Origin: Thermoproteota archaeon
GTDB taxonomy: Archaea > Korarchaeota > Korarchaeia > Korarchaeales > Korarchaeaceae
NCBI GenBank assembly: GCA_015522685.1
Contig: WALU01000018.1
Location: forward strand, 1 to 63,280
Reading direction: 5' to 3'
DNA length: 63,280 bases
Both the position numbers and the translations under genes were made by a program. Of the stretch, positions 9,574-19,936 are shown piece by piece. A model generated the notes under the pieces. The model saw only the letters and a list, made by a program, of their open reading frames with translations, was not told the origin of the DNA and did not search any database. Every line of letters begins with the position of its first letter. Position 1 is the stretch's first letter.

Positions 9574-10869
9574 TTACACATAGAGATATGCTTTATACTC
9601 AGCCTTGCTGGGCCAAGAACCTACATTGGAGGCCTCCCTCCTTTTAAGGCTTAAATAAGATTCTAGAACAGTCTGATCAAATAGATCCCCCAAGTAGGAA
9701 CTATCCGACTCTAGGGCATCTAATGCCTCGTGAAGGCTTCTTGGAAGCCTCTTTACTCCAAGATTCGCTGTATAAATATTTCCATTGAATGGATCTCCTG
9801 GATTTATCTTTTTCTTTATTCCGTCTAGACCTGCAGAGAAAGCCGCAGCGAACGCGAGGTATGGATTACAACTCGAATCGGGAACCCTAAATTCTATTCT
9901 CTTAGAGCTCTTAGCACCCTTCCTATATACAGGAACCCTTACTGCAGCGCTCCTATTTGCCCTCCCCCATACAGCATATATTGGAGCTTCATATCCCGGT
10001 ACTAATCTCTTGTAACTGTTCACTGTAGGAGCAACTATTGCTGAGAGAGAGCCTATGTGATCCAAGATTCCACCTATAAAGTACCTGCCTTCCTGACTTA
10101 ACTCGGCGTAGCTATCACTATCATCGTAGAACAGATTCTCCTCAGAGTTCCAAAGGCTCATGTGAATGTGCATTCCGTTTCCATTATCTCCAGGTACTGG
10201 TTTAGGCATGAAAGTAGCTATGAGATCCTGCTCACTAGCTACAATCTTAACAGTCTTCTTAAGCCTCATAACATTATCAGCTTCCTTCAATATGGATAGT
10301 GCTCTTATCGATACCTCAGACTGCCCAACACCTACCTCGTGATGAGTAACCTCTGGTTCCAATCCCAGCTCTGTGAGGACATCTAAGATTCTCAGCTTCA
10401 ACTCATATAGAGGATCGGAAGGGGGAGAAAAGTGATAATTTATCTTTGGCATGCTTCCAAGCGTTGAAACAGGCTTCAATTCCTTGGTGAGTATGGTGAA
10501 TTCCATCTCCGGACCAACAAGGCCTCTCAAACCTTTCTTATTCAACACCTCCTCCATCTTAGATGCTATGTACCTTGAATCCTTCAATGATCTCTTACCA
10601 CCGAACGGCTCCCATATATCGCATAGGAGCATAAGAGTATCATCTTTGATTATTGCAGTGCTTGGATCGGGAACAAGTAGAGCATCACTCCACTGTATCT
10701 CAGAGAGTCCAACGCTGCTTGCATCAAAAGCACCACTTCTTCTCGATTTGAACGCTTCGAATGAGAGGATCTCGCTCCTCAAAGTACCGAAAAGGTCGAT
10801 ATACTCTAGTTCTACGAATCTAACTCCTTTAGACTCAGCTTTCCTTAAGACATCATCTATCGATGGCAT
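9574..10869 (-). CDS. glnA: Glutamine synthetase type I
   Basis: FDASS, GPEMEF, HHEV..GQSE, TFMPKP..GDNGNGMHIH, NSYKRLVPGYEAP, NRSAAVRVP, IEFRVPD. Confidence 0.95.
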   Translation of the reverse strand: MPSIDDVLRKAESKGVRFVELEYIDLFGTLRSEILSFEAFKSRRSGAFDASSVGLSEIQWSDALLVPDPSTAIIKDDTLMLLCDIWEPFGGKRSLKDSRYIASKMEEVLNKKGLRGLVGPEMEFTILTKELKPVSTLGSMPKINYHFSPPSDPLYELKLRILDVLTELGLEPEVTHHEVGVGQSEVSIRALSILKEADNVMRLKKTVKIVASEQDLIATFMPKPVPGDNGNGMHIHMSLWNSEENLFYDDSDSYAELSQEGRYFIGGILDHIGSLSAIVAPTVNSYKRLVPGYEAPIYAVWGRANRSAAVRVPVYRKGAKSSKRIEFRVPDSSCNPYLAFAAAFSAGLDGIKKKINPGDPFNGNIYTANLGVKRLPRSLHEALDALESDSSYLGDLFDQTVLESYLSLKRREASNVGSWPSKAEYKAYLYV

Positions 10870-11126
10870 AGGTAATGGAAATCCATTGATATAAATCCCT
10901 TATTGAAGAAAACAATGAAAAGAAAGTAAAAAGAAGTTAGATAGCTCATTAAAAGAAAAAAGCCCAGCTCATCCCCCAGAATTGCATGACTAAATAGAAT
11001 TTAACATACAGGTCGATATTACCTTGATTTCAATGATTTCAGATCAAAAACGTACACCAATGAAAAATCAAATTTGTATCTGAGCAGGTGCAAAATTTAT
11101 CTCCCTCACCTTATCTAAATTCTTAG

Positions 11127-12149
11127 ATGAGGAGAGTAGGAGAAGCATATCTTCCTCTTCATAGAGGAAAAGCTCCACCATGGCTCTTCAGCAGGATGAA
11201 AGAGATAGCTAAGCCTGTATTATCTGCCATAGCCTCTGAATATGAGAGGAGAGGGATCCTAGAAAGACTAGCGAATCCTTACTGGTTTCAAGCCTTGGGC
11301 TGTGCCTTAGGATATGACTGGCACTCCTCTGGATTAACTACTGTCCTAACTGCCGCCTTGAAGGAGGCTCTTAATGAAATAGATTTAGGTGTAATGGTAG
11401 CTGGAGGAAAGGGGAGGTCTGCTCTTAAAACCCCAGATGAGATCCTGAAAATAGCCAAAAAATATAACTTGGACTCGAGTCCCTTCGTTAAAGCCAGTAG
11501 ACTATCAGCTAAAGTAGATAATGCAGCTCTTCAAGATGGCTTTAGTCTATACCACCACTCATTCATAATCACGGAAGATAGAGAATGGGCCGTAATTCAA
11601 CAAGGTATGAATGCTCAGCAGAGGATGGCTAGAAGATACCACTGGCTAGGTAGTAAGATGGATAGCTTCATAGTTGAACCTCATTATGGAATAGTCAGCG
11701 AATCAAAACCTAGAATTGTGCTTAACCTAGTGGCTAAGGAGAGCGAAGGTGTCAGGAGAGCCTCAACTGACCTAATTAAAGAAGGGCCAAAAAGACTGAA
11801 GCGGCTAGTGGAAGATTACAAGATACTGAGGATGCCGAGGAAGCTTAATTGGAATGCTATTGAAAAAGCCTATCAACTCGATCCTTCCAACTACGAGGAG
11901 CTGGTCGAGGTTAGAGGACTAGGTAAGGCAGCATTAAGGGCTCTGGCATTGCTAAGTGATCTTGTCTACGGAGAGAAGGCTAGTGTAAGAGACCCAGCTA
12001 AATATTCATTTGCATTCGGTGGGAAGGACGGAGTCCCATTTCCCGTGGACTTGAAGCTCATGGATGAGGTTATATCATATCTCAGAGGCAGAAATCTCCC
12101 CAAGATAGGAAAATTAAGGCTGAAGAATCTAGAAGAATATTTACATTAA
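11127..12149 (+). CDS. DUF763 family protein
   Basis: LPLHRGKAPPWLF, GYDWHSSG, AKVDN, QQGMN, ARRYHW, DPAKYSFAFGGKDGVP; HhH-like VRGLG. Confidence 0.88.
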   Translation: MRRVGEAYLPLHRGKAPPWLFSRMKEIAKPVLSAIASEYERRGILERLANPYWFQALGCALGYDWHSSGLTTVLTAALKEALNEIDLGVMVAGGKGRSALKTPDEILKIAKKYNLDSSPFVKASRLSAKVDNAALQDGFSLYHHSFIITEDREWAVIQQGMNAQQRMARRYHWLGSKMDSFIVEPHYGIVSESKPRIVLNLVAKESEGVRRASTDLIKEGPKRLKRLVEDYKILRMPRKLNWNAIEKAYQLDPSNYEELVEVRGLGKAALRALALLSDLVYGEKASVRDPAKYSFAFGGKDGVPFPVDLKLMDEVISYLRGRNLPKIGKLRLKNLEEYLH

Positions 12150-12632
12150 TGAAAACAATTTATAAAAATAAAAAGGAATTTCGATTTAGTGAATCTATCC
12201 ATTGCTGTAGTACTTCTTCTTGTATCTAGAAGCTTTTCCTGAGATGGACTACTCGAGCTTCTCTATATCAAAGAACTCAGCATCCGAGTTTATATCGTAA
12301 GGTATCCCATATCTTTGAAGTTTTTGCCCGCAAACTTCGCGAACTCTGCTGTCTCTTTTAGGGTCAATCAAGATAATACTGTTATTTAACGAGATTCTCT
12401 AATGAATAATATCTGAGATCTTCTACCCTAGAGCAAGATTTATCATAGCTTACGAGCGAACTTTCATTTATTATATTATAACAGCCGTTGCATATAAACT
12501 GTCGAAGTATGAGAGACTGCATGTTTGCCTTATAGTCTCAGCTTTAGCGAAATGGGAAAATCGCTTTTGAGGCTTAACTGACTGTAAATTACTAAGTTAT
12601 GCAGGTTATAGGCCAAGCGGTCTTAGGCAGCT

Positions 12633-13238
12633 TTAGAACCACTCCTCTAAACTACTTTTTCTTCTCTTATCACCAAGCAAGATTTCTTCTAGCATCTTAA
12701 AGTCGCTCTCCAGTAAAGGCCTTAACCTCGGATTGTATAGGACTGCTGCTGGATGTAATGTGGGTATGAGCTTCCTCCTCCTTCCAAATAACTCTACCTC
12801 GAATACCTTACCTCTCACCTTCATTATAGATCTCTCCTCCTTACCCGCAAGCCTAAGCAAAGTTAGGGCGCTATGCCTCCCTAAGGCTACTATTATATCC
12901 GGATCTATTATCTCTAACTGCTTCTTTAGAAATGGAAGGCAAGCGCTTATCTCCTCCGGCTTTGGATCTCTATTATTGGGAGGCCTACATTTCACCACAT
13001 TTGTTATGAAGATATCTTTCCTAGTAAGGCCTATCTCTCCTAAAAGCTCTGTTAACAACTTACCTGCAGCTCCCACGAAGGGCCTTCCTTGGAGATCTTC
13101 ATTTCTGCCGGGGGCTTCGCCAACAAAAACTATTCTAGCTTTCGGATTACCTTCCCCTGGAACAGCATTTATTCTAGTTAGATGAAGGGAGCAGCGCATA
13201 CATTCCCTTATCCTCCTCGCTATCTCCTCAAGGCTCAA
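12633..13238 (-). CDS. udg: Uracil-DNA glycosylase family 4
   Basis: CxxC, GEAPG, PFVGAAG, NVVKCRPPNNR, HPAA; C-terminal SLEEWF resembles a PIP box. Confidence 0.93.
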   Translation of the reverse strand: MSLEEIARRIRECMRCSLHLTRINAVPGEGNPKARIVFVGEAPGRNEDLQGRPFVGAAGKLLTELLGEIGLTRKDIFITNVVKCRPPNNRDPKPEEISACLPFLKKQLEIIDPDIIVALGRHSALTLLRLAGKEERSIMKVRGKVFEVELFGRRRKLIPTLHPAAVLYNPRLRPLLESDFKMLEEILLGDKRRKSSLEEWF

Positions 13239-14029
13239 ATTCTGACCCTCGCCACAGGAGGCATGGCCCTCTTATGAGCACTCTTAGAATGAAGCTCTAA
13301 TATCTTATCAACATCCTTGCCGAAAAGCGCCTTTACTTCTTGGGCTTCCATCCTAAGGTCGAATAGGGCATGAAGTATCAAGTCTACCTTATTGTAAGAG
13401 ATACCTATCTCCTCCTCAGCCTTATGACCCTTCCATAACTGGGGGCTACTTGGCTTCTTGACTATGTGCTCAGGAACACCTAACCATCTTCCTAACCATC
13501 TAACTTGAGTTTTATAGAGATCCCCTATGGGTAGGAAATCAACACCGCCATCGCCATATTTTGTGAAGTAACCTATAAGAATCTCGCTCCTGTCTCCGGT
13601 TCCTATAACAAGTAGATTTCTACTATTGGCCATATAGTAGAGGAGGGACATTCTTATCCTAGCTCTAAGGTTCCCTATAGCCACCTTATCTTGGACAAAG
13701 AAATTAGATTCAGACTTTTCATAAACCTCGACTATATCTGAGATATCTCTATACCAGTACTTTATCCTCAAGTTTGTTGCTATATCCTCTACGTCTTTCA
13801 CATCCTCCTCTGGCGTTACACTAGAGTCTGGCATAATGAGCCCGTAAACAGAATCTTTACCCAGTGCCCTCGCAGATAGGTATGCCACTACTGTTGAATC
13901 TATTCCACCACTAAGTCCTACAGCAACTCCTTTAGCACCAGAGCCAGCTACCATTCCTTTTATAAAACCAGTAATGACTTCTGTAACATTCTTCCAGTCT
14001 AGCTTTAGATGATCTTCTAGGGAAAGCAT
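13235..14029 (-). CDS. nadE: NH3-dependent NAD+ synthetase
   Basis: GLSGGIDS, NLRARIRM, GYFTKYGDG, LYKTQV. Likely start is the ATG at 14029 rather than the ORF-track start at 14077. Confidence 0.95.
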   Translation of the reverse strand: MLSLEDHLKLDWKNVTEVITGFIKGMVAGSGAKGVAVGLSGGIDSTVVAYLSARALGKDSVYGLIMPDSSVTPEEDVKDVEDIATNLRIKYWYRDISDIVEVYEKSESNFFVQDKVAIGNLRARIRMSLLYYMANSRNLLVIGTGDRSEILIGYFTKYGDGGVDFLPIGDLYKTQVRWLGRWLGVPEHIVKKPSSPQLWKGHKAEEEIGISYNKVDLILHALFDLRMEAQEVKALFGKDVDKILELHSKSAHKRAMPPVARVRI

Positions 14030-14077
14030 AAAGAATCTAACAGACTTATCTTTTTTACGTTTTCCTACTCCTCTCAA

Positions 14078-14689
14078 ATGGTGCTTAAATTGAACTGGCT
14101 AGGGGCTATATCACTTGTGCTTTTGCTCTTTGTATTTTTCACTCCTTGGTGGTGGATTGAGGGTTATCTACCTGGCATGGGGTACTTCAAATATGAGGGA
14201 AATCCTCTAACATTCATCTGGTCTTCAGGAAACAGATCCTCACTAGGATTTGCTTTAAAGACATTTTCTCGTCTTTCAGAGGAGGGTAGGATTCCTCCAG
14301 GAGCTAAGTATAGATCCGGGCTTACCAAATTCCTCCTGATGCTGAGCACCCTCATGCTTATTTTCGGAGGACTTTCGGCTGCATATGCCCTAGTTAGGGA
14401 ATTGACAAATCCATACTTCTGGGCTGCTCTTCTAGTTCTTCTAGCTATAATTTTCTATGAGTTAGGTTTTTTGGTGACTGAGGCTCCAAGATCCATTTCT
14501 CTCACTTGGAATATGAGCAATGAGAGAGCATGGGTCAAGTGGGGTGAAGGAATAGGAAAGTACTTGGATATTGGCCTGATAATACTACTTATCGCTGCTG
14601 GCATAGTCAATAAGATGTTCTTTGAGTACGAGCCTAGGCCTCTTAGAAGATCTCCTAGGAGAGGAAAGACCGGGAGGTATTGGTGGTAA
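14078..14689 (+). CDS. Hypothetical membrane protein (about 4 TM)
   Basis: Intact 203-aa ORF with hydrophobic segments, a PWW motif and a basic tail. Confidence 0.7.
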   Translation: MVLKLNWLGAISLVLLLFVFFTPWWWIEGYLPGMGYFKYEGNPLTFIWSSGNRSSLGFALKTFSRLSEEGRIPPGAKYRSGLTKFLLMLSTLMLIFGGLSAAYALVRELTNPYFWAALLVLLAIIFYELGFLVTEAPRSISLTWNMSNERAWVKWGEGIGKYLDIGLIILLIAAGIVNKMFFEYEPRPLRRSPRRGKTGRYWW

Positions 14690-14789
14690 ATATTAAAGAC
14701 TTGGAGAACAGGCTAGAAGAAGCAAAGCTTTACCTCAGGAAGGATCCAGATAGATAATTGAATCTTTTTCCGCGACATGGTTGATCGGA

Positions 14790-15176
14790 CAGAAGGAATT
14801 TAGCTTAGAGATTTGCGAGATAGGCAAATGAACCTACCTAATATTCTAGGAGTTCTCTCCTCAACAGCTTTTCTCTTGGAGATATTGAGGAGAACGGAAT
14901 CTAGATGAACTTCACAATTTCTTTTTCTCCTATTATTGCATAGATCTCGACGAACTTATCGAAATTTGTTCTCCCAATTTTCTTCATCAGAATTTCCTAT
15001 ATCTGAAAGGTTCCACTTGGATCCTTCATGCGAATCTCTATCCTTAAGGGTTTTTCTTTTCCTTTAAGGAGATCTACCTTCTCTACAGCTAATGCTGAGT
15101 ACTTATATCAAGCTTTCTAGGGTTCCCGTGAGGGCACTAAGAGGATCTCGCCTTTTAAACTGTGCTTCAACTCCAT
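14790..15176 (-). pseudogene. Probable decayed gene of unknown family
   Basis: ATG 9 nt after the upstream stop; protein-like frame (MELKHSLKGEILLVP...KPLRIEIRMKDPSG...) interrupted by several in-frame stops. Confidence 0.4.
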
Positions 15177-15184
15177 AAGTTATC

Positions 15185-15529
15185 TCAGATAATCCCTAAC
15201 CTCTTCAGAGCATCCTTTATCATTTCCTTTGGAGGATAATCATGAAACTTACCTTCCCATCTATATATCCTACTACATGTGGACCTATAAACTCCTTCAT
15301 CCTTGAAGTTTGGGTCAACGTCGATGCCCTGAATCCTAACAGTTGGAACTCCTAAGACTTTGTGCTTCTCAGCCTCCTCATCATTCACAAGGACTATCTC
15401 CTCTAAATCATAATTCTTAACCCCAGCCTCTGAGAAAGTAGCTCTTATCTCCTCTACTACGATATTGGCAGGACACTCAGGAGTGTAATAAACTTTTATC
15501 TTTATTAATCTCTTATTCCCTCCAACCAT
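15185..15529 (-). CDS. Thioredoxin-fold protein (DUF2703-like)
   Basis: YYTPECP, LGVPTVRIQG (cis-Pro loop), CSRIY...PP. Confidence 0.7.
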   Translation of the reverse strand: MVGGNKRLIKIKVYYTPECPANIVVEEIRATFSEAGVKNYDLEEIVLVNDEEAEKHKVLGVPTVRIQGIDVDPNFKDEGVYRSTCSRIYRWEGKFHDYPPKEMIKDALKRLGII

Positions 15530-15565
15530 TATACATCAGTACTCTCCTAAATTTTTATCTTTCTC

Positions 15566-17047
15566 ATGATTGAAATGAGAGGAAACATAGATGCTAGCGA
15601 AAGAGGTGTCAATTTGATAGGCATAAAGCCAGCTAAATTATCTGCGAGGGTAGGGGCTCATCTAATAGATCTAGCCATTTTGCTGGCTATATACTCACCA
15701 CTCCTACTTTTTACGCATTCAATAAATCAGCTAGGCATTCTCGGATTTTCGTTCCTCTTATCATTTATGTTGATGGCACTCATTCTTTACTTCACATTCC
15801 TAGAGGGATACTACTCCACAACACCAGGAAAGAAATTGTTTGGGTTATTTATAATCTCCCTTGATAATATGAGGGGGATAAGCTATACAGAGGCTTTCAT
15901 AAGGAACTTGATGAGGCTATCTGACATAGCTACAATCTACCTAGCTTCTCTAATCAATAAGGAAAACAGGAGAATAGGGGATATAGTGGCTAATACTCTA
16001 ATTGTCTCAAAGGGTATACTAAGGCTCGAGGTTCCTCTAGGTTCATTTGAGATAGCCAAGGATGTAAGGAGGGGGATAATAGACGCCTTGATAGAGAAGT
16101 TAGGTAGAATGGACATTTCATCACTGAACTCAATTAAAAGCAGATCAACCCTCTATACAAAGCTACTCAATGAAATTGGAGAAGCTGCTGGAGAGGTTAA
16201 TCATGCCGCAGCGCTGCTTCTTTCAAACCCCAAAATATCTTCTGAATTCTTCTCACCTAATGATGTGATAGAGATTTATGATAAAGCATCTCAGCTCTGC
16301 TACTATGTAGAGAGCAGGAGTATCCTAAAACAGAGATCCAAGCTAATGAAAGCTGTTTTGTCGGTAAAGAAGAATTCTTTGAAGCTTAGCAATTTTTCTC
16401 AAACATTCTCGCAAGCTCCTATGGAATTCAGGGAAATATTGCCCTATTTCGGCACCTCCCTCACCCTGTTCTTCGCATCCTTAGCTGGTGCCTATCTATG
16501 GAGGCCCAAGTGGCTGGAAATCTTGCTGAGGGAGCTATTCGGGAAGAGAATCATACCCCCATCCATAAGCCCATGGATCTTATCTACTGTTATATTCATG
16601 AATAATTTCAGAGTTATACTAGCTACTGTCGGAACGGCGCCTCTCCTATTCATGCCTTTCCTTGTGCTTGTTGCGAACGGAGCTCTCGTGGGCCTAGTCA
16701 TCTCCATATCTAAGATGGGAAGCTACAAGGCTCTAGGCTTCATACTTCCCCATGGGGTTCCAGAGCTTACGGCAATATTCATCGCCTCCTCTATAGCTCT
16801 AATGCTTATTAAAGAGCTGATAAGCCCCTCTCAACCAGATAGAGCCTCTTCCATTGGGAAGGCTTTAAAAGAGAAGATAAATCTCATGATATTCTCCACC
16901 ATATTGCTCATCTATGCTGCCCTGATAGAAGGTTTTATTACGGAAGGACTCGGAAGCAGCACGTTAAATGCTATTCTCTTCTCTCTGATAGAGGTAATTG
17001 TCTTATATCTCTACTTGCTGTTAGGGTTTCATCGTTATAAGAGCTAA
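15566..17047 (+). CDS. RDD domain / SpoIIM (DUF95) domain fusion membrane protein
   Basis: N-terminal RVGAHLID...TPGKKLFGL...IRN...RRIGDIVANT (RDD); C-terminal FMNN...NG...LPHGVPEL...AALIEG (DUF95). Confidence 0.85.
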   Translation: MIEMRGNIDASERGVNLIGIKPAKLSARVGAHLIDLAILLAIYSPLLLFTHSINQLGILGFSFLLSFMLMALILYFTFLEGYYSTTPGKKLFGLFIISLDNMRGISYTEAFIRNLMRLSDIATIYLASLINKENRRIGDIVANTLIVSKGILRLEVPLGSFEIAKDVRRGIIDALIEKLGRMDISSLNSIKSRSTLYTKLLNEIGEAAGEVNHAAALLLSNPKISSEFFSPNDVIEIYDKASQLCYYVESRSILKQRSKLMKAVLSVKKNSLKLSNFSQTFSQAPMEFREILPYFGTSLTLFFASLAGAYLWRPKWLEILLRELFGKRIIPPSISPWILSTVIFMNNFRVILATVGTAPLLFMPFLVLVANGALVGLVISISKMGSYKALGFILPHGVPELTAIFIASSIALMLIKELISPSQPDRASSIGKALKEKINLMIFSTILLIYAALIEGFITEGLGSSTLNAILFSLIEVIVLYLYLLLGFHRYKS

Positions 17048-17355
17048 TTGCTAAGATTTAGCTAGACTAAACTAGACAAAGCAAGGTAAGAACATGGCAC
17101 GAAGAGAGTAAGTTCTATAATACATACATAAATCCTCGGTAAAAGTAGGCGAGTATAGAAGCAGTTAGATTATCTCCTACTTAAAATTACTAATCTTTAT
17201 AAAATTGAAGATAGTGGCCGCTTATCTTCTACATATATCCCACATAATAAGGTCTAAGTGGCTAAATTATGCCTAATTAGGAGAACCTTGTTAAAAAGAG
17301 AAAAATAGATAAAGATATCCGGATTATTTATTAATCTAGAAATATCATCTACTTT

Positions 17356-19287
17356 ATGGAAATACCTCCTGTAATAATCTTGGCAGCTGGAAAAGCAACG
17401 AGAATGAAACCCTACTCATCAGAGGTGCCTAAGGCTCTCTTTGAGCTTGTACCTAATCTGACAGTTCTCGATCTTACCATTAGGTGGTTAAAAGAGGAGG
17501 GAATTAAAGATATAATCGTGGTCACTAGGCCCAGTCTATTAAGGTTTTTCGTAGAGAGATATGAGAAAAATGTGAGAGTAATCGCTACAGATAAGGAGGA
17601 AGGATTTGGTAATTTGTATTCCATGCTCGCAGGAATAAGAGAAGTAGACTCATCAGAATACCTAGTTCTAATGTCAGATCATATTTTCGAGCTAGAGATA
17701 CTCAGGAGAATACTCAAGAGGGGAGGAAGGAAAGCATTTACCCTATCTCTAGATAGAAACCCTCCTTGGGATAAACTAGAAGAGGGGCTGAAGGTAGTTC
17801 TAGAGGGGAATGAGATAAAGGAAGTTGGGAAGGGTGCCATACCGCAATATGGCATAGACACAGGTATATTCTACTGCTTCGATAAGGCTCAAAATATAGT
17901 AGAGGAAACCTTAAGAGAGCTAGGTCCAACGGCGACAATAGAGGATGCTCTCAGAAGGGCAATATCTCGGCAAGAAATTTCCTATGTTGATGTGACTGGT
18001 CTCCTCTGGATGGATGTGGATACTCCGGAGGAGCTGGAAGAAGCTAGGAGAATACTACCCTCAATTCTTAAGAGGAGCTTGGTGAAGCCAGGTGATGGGC
18101 CCATCTCTAGGTATGCGAATAGACCTATATCGACTAGAATCTCGGTATATATGTTCATGAGAGGCATATATGTGAGCCCTAACCTGATTTCAGCAATATC
18201 TTTCCTCCTAATGGTCGCATCAGGCCTCCTGATGTATTGGAATCTTCTGATACCAGCGGCCATCCTAATTCAGCTATCATCCATAGTAGATGGCATGGAT
18301 GGAGAGATGGCTAGGTTATTCCAGGCAACCAATAAGTTTGGTGGGCTACTAGATTCATTCCTAGATAGATATTCAGATCTCATTGTAATAGGAGCCATGG
18401 GGACAGCATTAAGCTTCAGTACAGCTTGGCAGGTAATGATTTATACCATAGCAGCAGGCAACGTTTTCATCACGAGCTACGTATCTCATCTAGCCGGATG
18501 GAGATCGGAAAAGGTACTCAGAGCTAGAGAATGGAGCCCGGCTAGTAGGGACGCTAGATTACTTACTGCTGCTATTCTTACGCCATTTGGCTTATTCTGG
18601 CCCTTTATATGGTATATGGCTATCATCCCTCTCACATTCTCACTTTACATGCTGATGGAAGCTAAGTCTCCAAGGAAACCTCTGAAGCTCAAAAGGAGGA
18701 AGCCTTATCCGGAGGTCAAGGTTAGAAGGATAAAGAGGAAGGTTACTCCTTTAGAGGCAAATATAAAGATTCTTCTCTCTTCATCGGTAAAGCTCCTTCT
18801 ATGGATACTTATATTGAGACTTGTTTATCGCATATTTGCAGATATGGGTCCTGTGGAGCTGCTAGAATTCTCAATAGAACCATCTTACATTTTCTATCTG
18901 GCTGAGCTCATTGGAGTGATATACTTCGGTTATAGGATACTCTTATCCACGAAATTCCTCCTAGATTCTCTCTCAAAGTGGCTATCAAGGGAGATGTATT
19001 TAGTAACAGAGGTAGCTGTTAGAAGGGCCCTAGCTGATATATTCTACTTGGCTCTCCTCTCTCTCCTTATATGGTTCGTTCCTAGCTATTTAGAGGCTCT
19101 TCCTCTAGGAGGTATACTCTCGAAGACAATACTCGCAGCTCTTCTATTTCTATTCCTAATATTCTTCTACGACCTAGCTAAACTATTTTACAGAAGCTTC
19201 AAGGGATTCTTCGATAGGCAGATAGCAAGAATTGCCGAGAAAATCTCGGCTATGGCAGAGGAATCCGAGGAAATGAACGATAATTGA
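17356..19287 (+). CDS. Bifunctional CTP:inositol-1-phosphate cytidylyltransferase / di-myo-inositol phosphate phosphate synthase with extra C-terminal membrane domain
   Basis: ILAAG..TR...PK, MSDH, DTG, WMDVDT; KPGDGPISR..NRPIS; CDP-alcohol motif DGMDGEMAR...GGLLDSFLDRYSD. Confidence 0.85.
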   Translation: MEIPPVIILAAGKATRMKPYSSEVPKALFELVPNLTVLDLTIRWLKEEGIKDIIVVTRPSLLRFFVERYEKNVRVIATDKEEGFGNLYSMLAGIREVDSSEYLVLMSDHIFELEILRRILKRGGRKAFTLSLDRNPPWDKLEEGLKVVLEGNEIKEVGKGAIPQYGIDTGIFYCFDKAQNIVEETLRELGPTATIEDALRRAISRQEISYVDVTGLLWMDVDTPEELEEARRILPSILKRSLVKPGDGPISRYANRPISTRISVYMFMRGIYVSPNLISAISFLLMVASGLLMYWNLLIPAAILIQLSSIVDGMDGEMARLFQATNKFGGLLDSFLDRYSDLIVIGAMGTALSFSTAWQVMIYTIAAGNVFITSYVSHLAGWRSEKVLRAREWSPASRDARLLTAAILTPFGLFWPFIWYMAIIPLTFSLYMLMEAKSPRKPLKLKRRKPYPEVKVRRIKRKVTPLEANIKILLSSSVKLLLWILILRLVYRIFADMGPVELLEFSIEPSYIFYLAELIGVIYFGYRILLSTKFLLDSLSKWLSREMYLVTEVAVRRALADIFYLALLSLLIWFVPSYLEALPLGGILSKTILAALLFLFLIFFYDLAKLFYRSFKGFFDRQIARIAEKISAMAEESEEMNDN

Positions 19288-19326
19288 GTGTCACCATAGC
19301 GTTGAGGTTATATTTTCCTCCATCAA
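19188..19326. repeat. Direct repeat copy 1 (IPCT 3' end plus downstream intergenic DNA)
   Basis: 19188-19238 matches 22910-22960 at 50/51 nt; 19296-19326 is identical to 22985-23015. Confidence 0.95.
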
Positions 19327-19338
19327 TTATTATGAGGA

Positions 19339-19653
19339 ATGCTTACCTTAAGGGCCCACAATCCTACAATGACGAAGTCGCTCGTTAGTTTCGCTCTTAA
19401 GATACAGAATACCTTTGGCGATAGACTTGTAGCCCTCTATATTATAGCTAGGCATCCTTCCATCGAGATAGATGGCTACAACGCGTGTGACAATGCATTG
19501 ATAATGCTCAAAGAAGTCAAACCAGAGGATCAGAGAAGGGCAATAAATCTGACACTCGACTCTTGTAAGGACCTAAATCCAGAAGAGCAAATAGCTCCTC
19601 TCGTAGTGGGAGAAGGTGAAGTTGAGGGCGAGATCTCCCTTGGAGCTTCATAA
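19339..19653 (+). CDS. Small protein, possibly a degenerate minimal nucleotidyltransferase (MNT)
   Basis: FALKIQNTFGDRLVALY resembles an MNT N-terminus, but the GS/DxD motif is not clear. Confidence 0.45.
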   Translation: MLTLRAHNPTMTKSLVSFALKIQNTFGDRLVALYIIARHPSIEIDGYNACDNALIMLKEVKPEDQRRAINLTLDSCKDLNPEEQIAPLVVGEGEVEGEISLGAS

Positions 19654-19936
19654 GGAATAAACTTCTCCTTCATCAGGTTAAAGTGGATCTCTCTCAAGGA
19701 TGCAATGAGAAATCCGCAAGCGTCTTCTATTTTCGCTGTAAAGAGTGTAATCAATACTCTGTCCTTAAAGAGGCAGGGAAACATTCTAAGAGGTTACAGA
19801 AGCAGGCTTGCTCTCGTAGGTATGTGGTTCCCTGAGGATATATTACAATTTGATGAAATGCATAGAGTGAGCTCAAAAATAAATCTTAATTGGGTTAGGC
19901 ACAGAGTCCCTCTAACTAGAAAAGTTAAATTAATTC

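Noticed and set aside
12150-12630. ORF-free gap after DUF763 (also 37750-38260 and 56260-56700)
   Set aside because: Possibly decayed genes, but nothing identifiable and no clear repeat or RNA structure.
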